DNA from: Marivita sp.
GTDB lineage: Bacteria; Pseudomonadota; Alphaproteobacteria; Rhodobacterales; Rhodobacteraceae
NCBI GenBank assembly: GCA_043585105.1
Contig: CP121325.1
Span: 2,893,299-2,957,298 of the forward strand
Reading direction: 5' to 3'
DNA: 64,000 bases
Of this stretch, positions 56,085 to 64,000 are shown one piece after another; the stretch's first letter is position 1, and each line of letters begins with the position of its first letter. The position numbers and the translations under genes are program-made. Under the pieces are notes generated by a model. The model saw only the letters and a list, made by a program, of their open reading frames with translations, was not told the DNA's origin and did not search any database.

Positions 56085-57221
56085 TCAAGTCGGGGCGCGC
56101 AATCTGCCGCGCTCTGCCCCCAGCCAGTAGAGCATCATGATCAACGGCCCCGCGTTGATTTCGCCGCTGTGAACCAACGCCATCGCGGTATCGTAAGGCA
56201 TCACATGACTGCGGATGTCTTCGTGTTCGGACGTCAGACCATTGCGGGATGCCGAAAAATCAGAAAGATCGACAACGCCAAGAAAGCAATGGAAAAATTC
56301 CGTAGAATACCCGGGAGAGGCATAGACGCGGACCATTGGCTCCAACGCTCCCAGAAGAAGCCCGCTTTCCTCCATCGCTTCGCGTCGGGCTGTATCGGCC
56401 GGGTCTTCACCTGCATCCACCAAACCAGCAATCGGCTCAAAAATCCAAGGCTGCGGGTCGTCGCGCCATAACGGACCAAAACGCAATTGCTCAATCAGCA
56501 AAATGTGATCGGTCACAGGATCATAAGGCAGGACCAACGCCGCATCAAAGGCGAGAAATGCCTCGCGCCCCACGCGCGGACTGCGGGTTCCGTCAAATTT
56601 CAGGTGATCGAACTGAAACTCGGCCAATTCAAAAAACCCACGATACCCTTCGGCACGCTCATGAACCGTCACATCTCCGGGTGCCGCGCTTTGGCGCCGT
56701 GTGGTCGGACCGGCCCCGTTTCGCGCCATCATCCGAGCCCAATGCCGCGCCATCAAGAACGGGCGCAAGCTTGCTGCGGTCTCGGCATCATAGCGTGCGC
56801 GTCGCGCCATCACATCGCGCGCCGCACCCACTGCCATTTCTCCCCAACCGCGAACCCAGTCTTCCAGTTCCCACTTCGCGCCACGCGCCTGATCATGTGA
56901 CATCGGGTAGAAACACAAAGCCGTTTTCGCGGCACCGAGCACTTGAATCAAGACTTCACTTAGATGGTAAGAAAATGCGCCTTCGTAATATCTTAGGCAA
57001 TCTTCTTCATCTTCCGTGACAGCTTCAAGTACCAACCCACAAGCAACTTGACCTGCAACTTTCTCGATCATGGGATAGGGCTGATCTTTGACCCATGACA
57101 CCTGGTGATCCGCCAAAGTGGCAGAAGTCAGACGCGCTGAAAGCCCACCCGGCACCACACCCAATACCGCCTCCAACAACGGAACGTGGCACAAGGTGCC
57201 GTAGAAAAACAGCGCCGACAA
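56085..57221 (-). CDS. trgB: TrgB: GGCT-like domain fused to a Nudix hydrolase
   Basis: FFYGTL N-terminus; AGLVDAGE...ARREAMEESG Nudix box; SPGYSTE; trgA-trgB-cysK order. Confidence 0.85.
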   Translation of the reverse strand: MSALFFYGTLCHVPLLEAVLGVVPGGLSARLTSATLADHQVSWVKDQPYPMIEKVAGQVACGLVLEAVTEDEEDCLRYYEGAFSYHLSEVLIQVLGAAKTALCFYPMSHDQARGAKWELEDWVRGWGEMAVGAARDVMARRARYDAETAASLRPFLMARHWARMMARNGAGPTTRRQSAAPGDVTVHERAEGYRGFFELAEFQFDHLKFDGTRSPRVGREAFLAFDAALVLPYDPVTDHILLIEQLRFGPLWRDDPQPWIFEPIAGLVDAGEDPADTARREAMEESGLLLGALEPMVRVYASPGYSTEFFHCFLGVVDLSDFSASRNGLTSEHEDIRSHVMPYDTAMALVHSGEINAGPLIMMLYWLGAERGRLRAPT

Positions 57222-57227
57222 AACCGA

Positions 57228-57668
57228 CTATTTCCAGCGCCGTGCTGCGTATTCTGAAAAATACCCGGTCAACAGCGCCCCGATCAGCAAAGTTGAAATC
57301 ATCATCGGATTCATCAGAAAGCCCGAATAGTCGATTCCAATTTCAAAAATCGCTGAGAACGCTTCGACCGGGCCATCATACCGCCGCTTCATCGACAGAT
57401 CGAACATCTCGAGGCAGGCATGCACAAACACGCACCAGAAAATGAGTGCCGCAACCCCTGTCAGCCCATTCGCAATTGCGTCCTTGGTGCCGCGACCCGC
57501 CCGCGTGCCCACGACGATCCACCCGACAAACGCTCCAATCACCGCGTTATACATCGAAAAGTTGCCGAAATACGTGCTTGCGGGAAGAAGCGTTTTAAGA
57601 AGCTCTGACGCCAAATACCCCAAAGCTGCCAGACATAGTGCTGCGACGGCTTTGGCGGCTGTAGGCAT
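57228..57668 (-). CDS. trgA: TrgA family membrane protein
   Basis: MPTAAKAVAA, G.RAGRG, M..LS..RRYDGPVEA. Confidence 0.85.
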   Translation of the reverse strand: MPTAAKAVAALCLAALGYLASELLKTLLPASTYFGNFSMYNAVIGAFVGWIVVGTRAGRGTKDAIANGLTGVAALIFWCVFVHACLEMFDLSMKRRYDGPVEAFSAIFEIGIDYSGFLMNPMMISTLLIGALLTGYFSEYAARRWK

Positions 57669-57669
57669 A

Positions 57670-58878
57670 TCAACTTGGTCTCGTAATGGTGATCTGCGTT
57701 ACGTCACAGTTTCCGCTATGGAACGTCGCCGCGCAAGAGGTGAGATAAAAATTCCACATTCTACGGAACCGCTCATCAAAACCCAGACCAGCCACCTGAT
57801 CCCATTTTTCGTTAAAGGTCTCGTGCCAGCGGCGCAGTGTTTGGCTGTAGCTTTCACCAAACTCGATGGATTGAGCGACCTTTAAACCCGCCGCTTCAAT
57901 TTCCTGCCGCAGCACGAGAGGGCTGGGCAGCATACCACCGGGAAAGATATATTTCTGAATAAAATCAACGCCTCGATTGTAAATCTCCCAGCGCGATTCC
58001 TCGACCGTGATAATCTGCAACGTCGCATTTTTACCCGGTTTGAGACAATTCTTCACCGAATTGAAATAGGTCGGCCAATATTTCTGACCTACGGCTTCGA
58101 ACATTTCAATCGACGCAATCCCGTCATATTGACCCTTCTCTTCGCGGTAATCCTGCAACTTGAAAGTCACACGATCCGACAATCCGGCCTTAGAGATCCG
58201 GTCCACCGCATACTTGTATTGCTCTTCGCTAATGGTAAGCCCCGTAACTTTAAGCCCCCGCTCTTTGGCAGCGTATTCTGCAAATCCACCCCAGCCACAG
58301 CCGATTTCCAGAACATGATCGCCGGGTTTCGCGCCCATTTGGTCAACCATGCTTTTGTATTTTGCGATTTGCGCCTTCTCTGTGCTTTCTTGTCCGGTCT
58401 CAAACAAAGCCGAAGAGTAGGTCATCGTGTCGTCCAGCCAGAGCGAATAGAAATCGTTTCCCAGATCGTAATGATAGCTGATGTTCTTCTTCGCCTGCCG
58501 CTTGGAATTCGACTGCATCCAAAACCGCAATTGCTCATACCAGCGGACGAATTTCATACCCGGAAAGCTGTCGTAGACATCGTTGTTGTCGCCATGCACG
58601 AAATCCATGAAAGCCTGCAAATCCGGTGTGCTCCACCAGCCTTCCAGATATGCATCGCTGAACCCAAGATCACCATCACGGATCAGCCGTGCGAAAAGGT
58701 CGGTGTTGTGCACATGCACTTCAGCCACCGGTCCCGGCTCTGCGCCTTCGGCCCGAAAATGACGCCCATCAGGCAGGATAAAATCCACGCGCCCTTTCTT
58801 GAGCCGGTCCGCCATCGCAAAGACCTGTGCGAAGTAACGCGGCAAATTGGGTTGGTTTTCGGTCGTTGTCAGGCTCAT
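57670..58878 (-). CDS. cfa: Cyclopropane-fatty-acyl-phospholipid synthase family methyltransferase
   Basis: NISYHYDLGNDFY, MTYSSA, LEIGCGWG, SIEMFEAVG, YIFPGGMLP. Confidence 0.92.
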   Translation of the reverse strand: MSLTTTENQPNLPRYFAQVFAMADRLKKGRVDFILPDGRHFRAEGAEPGPVAEVHVHNTDLFARLIRDGDLGFSDAYLEGWWSTPDLQAFMDFVHGDNNDVYDSFPGMKFVRWYEQLRFWMQSNSKRQAKKNISYHYDLGNDFYSLWLDDTMTYSSALFETGQESTEKAQIAKYKSMVDQMGAKPGDHVLEIGCGWGGFAEYAAKERGLKVTGLTISEEQYKYAVDRISKAGLSDRVTFKLQDYREEKGQYDGIASIEMFEAVGQKYWPTYFNSVKNCLKPGKNATLQIITVEESRWEIYNRGVDFIQKYIFPGGMLPSPLVLRQEIEAAGLKVAQSIEFGESYSQTLRRWHETFNEKWDQVAGLGFDERFRRMWNFYLTSCAATFHSGNCDVTQITITRPS

Positions 58879-59054
58879 TCACGTCTTCCGCTGTCTAGAT
58901 CAAGTGACACTATTCATAGCCACGCAGGGCAAGCAAGTGTTAACCCAAGGTAGTCCAGCCAAGCCAAAGACAAGACGTGCCGAACGTTAAGTAACGGATT
59001 TTGTTAAGCTTGCGATAATTTTACGTGATTGATCTCACTCAGGCAAATGCGACG

Positions 59055-60470
59055 TTAGAAACTCCGGTTCTGATAGGCCGACAGCGCGCGTTTCCGCCCC
59101 ACATCCGGCGCCACAATCGGTTCCGGGTAAGCATCCCCCGACGACATCGACCACGATCGCGGGATCGCCTTGTAAAAGGACAATGCGTCCTCATGCGGCG
59201 TTCTGTAGTCTTCCGCCAACCACCGGCTGACATAGCTGCGGTCCTTGTCGAACTTGTCGAGTTGCGTCACCGGATTGAACACCCGAAAATAAGGCGTCGC
59301 GTCCGGCCCTGATCCTGCCGACCATTGCCAGCCCATTGCGTTCGACGCCGGGTCCCAGTCGATTAGGCAATCCTCGAACCAGTTTAGCCCGACCTTCCAA
59401 TGGCACATCAGGTGCTTGGTCAGGTAGCTGGCCACGATCATCCGCCCGCGATTGTGCATCCGCCCGGTCACATACATCTCACGCATCGCGGCATCGACAA
59501 AACGAATGCCGGTGCGCCCTTGCTTCCATGCTTGAACCTCAGCCTTCCGCTCGTCCTCGTTCCACGGAAATGCCTGCCATTCCTCACGCCAGTTGTCGGT
59601 CAGAATACGCGGTGTGTGCCACATCAGGTGATAGGCAAACTCGCGCCAGACCAGCTCTTTCAAAAAGGTCTCAGCCCCTGGCTTGCCGTCCTGCATTGCG
59701 CGCTGCCCAGCATGCCAACATTGCGCCGGGCTGATTTCGCCCAAGGCAAGGTTTTCCGACAGGTTCGATGTCCCGTCCACACCGGGCAGATCGCGCGTCC
59801 GAACATAGTCCGCAACCTTCGTCGCCATGAACGCACCGAGTCGCGACTGCGCCGCCTGCTCACCCAACTGTACAAACGGACGAACGATGGCCGCCCCCCG
59901 GTTCATCGCCACGCCTAACGACCAGTCCTCCAGCGTCTCGCTGCCGGGCCACGCATCAGGCGCAGGCAAAGTCGACGGCGCGGCCAATGGCGCATCCACT
60001 GGCCGATCCCGCACTGTTTTCCAGAACGGCGTATAAACCTTATAGAAGGTCCCCTGCCCGGTCTCGACCGTCCATGGCTCGAACATCAGATGCCCGGCAA
60101 AGCTCTTGGCCTCGACACCCACTTCTTTAAGCGCCGCCTTCACATCTGTATCCCGCTCGACCGAGGCCGGATCGTAAGCCCGCTGCCAATACACCGCACC
60201 GGCCCCAACCTCCTTGGCCAACGCCGGGATCACGTCACGCGCGTTGCCCGACCGTAAAACCAACTGGCTTTCCATATCAGCCAAGACATCACCAAAGCAC
60301 TTAAGCCCAAGCCCGAGCCGCCATTTCGGCGCAGCCCCTAGATCGTCCACCAGACTGTCGCGCAAGAACACCGGGATCACAGGCCCGCCCCGCTCGACCG
60401 CCGCAGTCAATGCCGCGTGATCGCTCAACCGCAAATCGCGGCGGATCCATACCAGTGTCGGAGATGTCAT
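59055..60470 (-). CDS. Deoxyribodipyrimidine photolyase (class I)
   Basis: W.RRDLRLSDH, YKVYTPF, ELVWREF, GRTG...VDAAMR, MHNRGRMIVAS, WQWSAG, RVFNP. Confidence 0.92.
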   Translation of the reverse strand: MTSPTLVWIRRDLRLSDHAALTAAVERGGPVIPVFLRDSLVDDLGAAPKWRLGLGLKCFGDVLADMESQLVLRSGNARDVIPALAKEVGAGAVYWQRAYDPASVERDTDVKAALKEVGVEAKSFAGHLMFEPWTVETGQGTFYKVYTPFWKTVRDRPVDAPLAAPSTLPAPDAWPGSETLEDWSLGVAMNRGAAIVRPFVQLGEQAAQSRLGAFMATKVADYVRTRDLPGVDGTSNLSENLALGEISPAQCWHAGQRAMQDGKPGAETFLKELVWREFAYHLMWHTPRILTDNWREEWQAFPWNEDERKAEVQAWKQGRTGIRFVDAAMREMYVTGRMHNRGRMIVASYLTKHLMCHWKVGLNWFEDCLIDWDPASNAMGWQWSAGSGPDATPYFRVFNPVTQLDKFDKDRSYVSRWLAEDYRTPHEDALSFYKAIPRSWSMSSGDAYPEPIVAPDVGRKRALSAYQNRSF

Positions 60471-60540
60471 GCGGTGCGCCTCACAATTGTGTTCCGACGC
60501 CACCTAGCCGCGCCACTCCAAAGGTCAAACGCAGGATCTG

Positions 60541-60602
60541 TCTTCTCTGGTTCACAAATATCCCGGGGGAATCCGCCAAAGGCGGATGGGGGCAGAGCCC
60601 CT
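60541..60602. repeat. Probable Rhodobacteraceae intergenic palindromic repeat unit
   Basis: TCTTCTCTGGTTCACAAATATCCCGGGGG-AATCCGCC-AAA-GGCGGAT-GGGGGCAGAGCCCCT; single copy in this window. Confidence 0.45.
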
Positions 60603-61800
60603 ACAGAACCGCATCCAATGCCTCAATGGCCTTGGTCACCTCAGCCTCAGAGGTGTAGTGGACAAAGCTCAGCCGCAACACGCCCTTACCCATGTCCACA
60701 CCCATCGCCTCAAGTGCGCGAACGGCGTAGAAATCCCCGCCACCGCACATGACCCCATGCTGCGCCAGTTCCGCTGCCACCTCTTCGCCGGAACGGTTCA
60801 GCGACAACGCCACGGTGGGCGCACGCACACTGGCATCCGAAGGCCCAATGAGCCGCACCGAATTGCGGTCCTTCACCGCGTCCAACAAAGGCTGCAACAG
60901 CTTCACCTCATGCGCCCGCATCAGGCTGTGTACGCCGCGCGCAGAAACCCCATGATGAACCGCCAGAGCGTCGATGTAATCCGCCATACCTGCACAAGCT
61001 GCGACCTGCGCATGGTCCGGCCCCGCCGGGGTAAAGCGTTTATACAGAGTGCCCGCGTTGAAAAAGTGCCCCTGGTTCGGCAAAAGTTGCCCAAGCGCGC
61101 GACGGATCACCATAACCCCCTGATGTGGACCATAGGTTTTGTAGGCCGAAAACAGGTAGATATCCGGGCCCAAATCGCCCACATCGACAAATCCATGAGG
61201 CGCGTAACTCACTCCGTCAACGCAGACAAAAGCGCCTGCCGCATGACACAGCCCAGTGATCTCGAGCACCGGATTGATCTCACCCACCACGTTTGAACAG
61301 TGCGGAAAACAGACCAGTCGCACCTTGTCGTCCAGAAGGTTTTCCAAATCTGCGATGTCCAGATGCCCGGTTTCAGGGTTCACCTGCCACTCCCGAACGT
61401 CGATCCCCTTGTTCACCAAATGCCGCCAAGGCCCGGTATTGGCCTCGTGATCCTGATTGGTGACGATGATCGCCTCACCCGGCTGCATGAACTGCCGAAA
61501 CGCCCGCGCCAGCACATAGGTGTTTTGCGTGGTCGATGGCCCGAAACTCACTTCGTCCGCTTCGACACCCAGGAGGGCCGCGAGGCGCGTGCGTGCTTCG
61601 TCCATTTCCTCACCCCCAAGGCGAGACGCTTCGTAGGGCGCATAAGGCTGCACCTTGCGCGATTTGTAAAAACGGGTCAGCCGGTCGATCACTTGACCGC
61701 AGGTATAAGACCCTCCGGCATTCTCAAAGAACGCCTGCCCCTCAAGGCTAGGTTCAGAAAACGCCGGAAAGTTCGAACGCACGAAGTCAATTTCTAGCAT
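60601..61800 (-). CDS. Class V PLP aminotransferase / cysteine desulfurase-like
   Basis: FFENAGGS, DHEAN, HCSNVVG, DGVSYAPH, FSAYKTYGPH, RLSFVHY. Confidence 0.88.
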   Translation of the reverse strand: MLEIDFVRSNFPAFSEPSLEGQAFFENAGGSYTCGQVIDRLTRFYKSRKVQPYAPYEASRLGGEEMDEARTRLAALLGVEADEVSFGPSTTQNTYVLARAFRQFMQPGEAIIVTNQDHEANTGPWRHLVNKGIDVREWQVNPETGHLDIADLENLLDDKVRLVCFPHCSNVVGEINPVLEITGLCHAAGAFVCVDGVSYAPHGFVDVGDLGPDIYLFSAYKTYGPHQGVMVIRRALGQLLPNQGHFFNAGTLYKRFTPAGPDHAQVAACAGMADYIDALAVHHGVSARGVHSLMRAHEVKLLQPLLDAVKDRNSVRLIGPSDASVRAPTVALSLNRSGEEVAAELAQHGVMCGGGDFYAVRALEAMGVDMGKGVLRLSFVHYTSEAEVTKAIEALDAVL

Positions 61801-61994
61801 GGTCTCAGTATTCCTCGACGACAAAGCAACAACACGGACTGGGATGCACGGAGAGAGTGGCAGAACAACTCCGCCCCGATCATCTTGTTCCAAAGCGGAG
61901 TATAGCGCGAAGCGTATGGATTCTTGAATGCGACGTTCAGCCTGATTTCCCGTCTTGGACGCACCCCACTCCCCCGACAAAATTCCAATAGAAA

Positions 61995-62024
61995 CCGCCG
62001 CTCCGATACAAATCGAAGCGGCGG
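61995..62024 (-). terminator. Intrinsic terminator downstream of the BCCT gene
   Basis: CCGCCGCTTCGAT...ATCGGAGCGGCGG followed by TTTCT on the minus strand. Confidence 0.55.
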
Positions 62025-62156
62025 AATAAGTTGCCTTCGCAACGTTTTAGTCTGTTCAGAAAGCCTCGTAGAGCCAAGATGTCCTAGAGGTCATTTGACA
62101 AAACTGTCACCTTTGAACCCACTTGGATGTACCCGTTTTCAAGGCTCCGTGACCAT

Positions 62157-63998
62157 CTAATCAGCCGGGGCACTGGCACGTGCTGCAGCCAAATGCGCCG
62201 ATGTGGCAGGCACACCCGCTTTCTCTCTGCGGCTGTCACGCCAGATTGCCTTGAGCACCGAAATCCCCATCAGCACCATCACCGCCGAGAACGGCAAGGC
62301 CCCGATGACCATCGCAGTCTGGATCGCGCTCAGACCACCGGCCACGATCAATCCGCCGACGACCAGTGCAAGCGCCGCCCCCCAGAACAGGATATGCGGC
62401 CGCGCCTTCGGGCCTTCGTCACCTGCTGCGTTGATTGTATTGATGATCAAAACAGCCGAGTCTGCCGACGTCACCAGATAGGTCAACAACAGGATCACAA
62501 CGATCACCGACATGATCCAAGCAAGGTTTTCCGACAACATGAAGGCCAGCATCGCAAAAAGCTGATCCGATTGCCCTGCCCCCACAATAGCCCCATCGGC
62601 ACCACCGTTGAGTTCCAGATCAATCGCTGTACCACCGACAATTGCGAACCAGACAAAGCACATGAAGGCCGGAATCACGATGGCCCCCAGCACGTATTCC
62701 CGTACAGTACGTCCCTTCGAGATACGCGCAAGAAACACACCGACGAACGGCGCAAACGCGATCCACCACGCCCAGTAGAAAATCGACCACGCCCCCTGCC
62801 AACCGGACAGGCGGCTGTCTGTTGCAGCCGCATAGGTCGCCGCGATATCAGCTTCCGACAGCGACGCCGCAGCCGCGGGCAGACCTTCGGTAAAGGACTG
62901 CAGCGAACCCCAAGGGCTGGTGGCAGAACCATAGACCGTCGCAAGGTCTTCCGGTGACAACGCCTGTGCCGCCGCAGGCACCGAAGCGGTAAACGCCTCC
63001 ATCGGCACGGGCGACCAGACAGTCAGAATACTCCCCGGGATGGAAATCAAGTAATCCCAGATACCCAGCACCAAGGCTTGCAACCCGAAGAAGGTTGATC
63101 CGAAGGCCAGAAAAAATGCGAGGATGAAGAAACTCAGCCCCATATTGATGTTGGACAGCCACTTGATGCCCTTACCGACCCCGGACAATGCCGAAAGCGT
63201 CGAAGCCCCCATGATCACCAACAAAGCGGTGACAATGGCCATGGTCGACATCTTCTGACCGCCGTCTTCGGTCGCGGTGTAAAGCCAGTCGCCAAAGCCG
63301 ATACGCGACAGGCCAGACACAAATTGCTCGACGCCGAAACCCAAGGTCTGCGACACACCCAGGACCGTGGCCACGACAGCAACAACATCAACAACATGGC
63401 CGGTGGTGCCCGACAACGACCGACCAAAGATCGGCGCGAGGGCCGAACGGATGGTCAATGGCAGATCACGCCGGTACGAGAAATAGGCCAGCGACAGGCC
63501 GACGATCGCATAAGCGGCCCATGCCGCAAGCCCCCAATGGGTGAACGACCAGACATACGCTTCACGCACGTTCCCTGCGCTGCTGCCTTCGGTCAGACCC
63601 TGAATGGTGCTTGGATTGCTTCCCCAGTGATACAACGGCTCTGCGGTGGCAAAGGTCAGCATACCGATGCCGATCCCAGCACCGAACATCATGGAAAACC
63701 ACGAAAAATTAGAAAACTCCGGTTTGTCGTCGTGATGCCCCAACTTCAGTCGCCCCGACGCCGGAAGAACCGCTAGAATTAGACAGACCACGACAAAGAA
63801 TGCCATTACCGCGACGTACCAATAGTTGAACGTCGCAAGGATCAGACTGTTGATGCCCGATAGGACCGCGCCGGACTGTTCAGGAAATGCAACGGCCCAC
63901 AGGATCAACGCGCCAACCAACAGTTTTCCGGTGATCGTGACAAGCTTCGCGAAGCCTTTGTAGAACCCTTCATCTGCCGTCTTGATCGGCAGCTCCAT
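62157..63998 (-). CDS. BCCT (betaine/choline/carnitine) transporter with a duplicated loop insertion
   Basis: PEFSNFSWFSMMFGAGIGIG, HWG, W.IFYWAWWIAFAPFVG.FLARISKGRT, TSADS. Confidence 0.92.
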   Translation of the reverse strand: MELPIKTADEGFYKGFAKLVTITGKLLVGALILWAVAFPEQSGAVLSGINSLILATFNYWYVAVMAFFVVVCLILAVLPASGRLKLGHHDDKPEFSNFSWFSMMFGAGIGIGMLTFATAEPLYHWGSNPSTIQGLTEGSSAGNVREAYVWSFTHWGLAAWAAYAIVGLSLAYFSYRRDLPLTIRSALAPIFGRSLSGTTGHVVDVVAVVATVLGVSQTLGFGVEQFVSGLSRIGFGDWLYTATEDGGQKMSTMAIVTALLVIMGASTLSALSGVGKGIKWLSNINMGLSFFILAFFLAFGSTFFGLQALVLGIWDYLISIPGSILTVWSPVPMEAFTASVPAAAQALSPEDLATVYGSATSPWGSLQSFTEGLPAAAASLSEADIAATYAAATDSRLSGWQGAWSIFYWAWWIAFAPFVGVFLARISKGRTVREYVLGAIVIPAFMCFVWFAIVGGTAIDLELNGGADGAIVGAGQSDQLFAMLAFMLSENLAWIMSVIVVILLLTYLVTSADSAVLIINTINAAGDEGPKARPHILFWGAALALVVGGLIVAGGLSAIQTAMVIGALPFSAVMVLMGISVLKAIWRDSRREKAGVPATSAHLAAARASAPAD

Positions 63999-64000
63999 TA

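Noticed and set aside
54997-60470. trgA-trgB-cysK and cfa-photolyase cluster as a novel system
   Set aside because: Already described gene arrangement in Rhodobacter and relatives
1-64000. CRISPR array, rRNA or prophage
   Set aside because: No regularly spaced repeats, rRNA-like sequence or phage structural genes seen

Overview
High-GC alphaproteobacterial DNA; gene content and order fit a Roseobacter-group Rhodobacteraceae chromosome (inference). A tRNA-Ser(GGA) at 51383-51472 divides the window. To its right lies ordinary housekeeping synteny: alaX, mscS-like, cysK, trgB, trgA, cfa, photolyase, class V aminotransferase and a BCCT transporter. To its left lies about 49 kb of accessory, mostly catabolic modules. 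These are: (i) a LigM-type O-demethylase/TRAP/extradiol dioxygenase/arylamine N-acetyltransferase operon; (ii) an ALDH-LIV-type ABC-ALDH-flotillin operon whose ATPase carries a 149-aa Pro/Ala-rich tail with short helical motifs; (iii) a TPP enzyme/TAXI/IclR/ALDH/flavin monooxygenase/SDR cluster; (iv) matB plus an AraC cassette with an internally deleted NmrA gene; (v) an IclR-SBP56-His-rich membrane protein unit; (vi) a GntR-TRAP-GlcG sugar-acid unit; (vii) a DHDPS-like/hydantoinase/racemase operon; and (viii) an AT-richer segment between an IS5 and an IS3 remnant that holds six small single-domain genes, followed by an orphan ART/TNT-like toxin-domain gene. The best candidates for an undescribed system are the tailed ABC ATPase + ALDH + flotillin operon, the orphan NAD-toxin-like gene, the SBP56/His-membrane pair and the HxlR small-gene array. 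All family calls come from recognising motifs by eye; no database searches were run.
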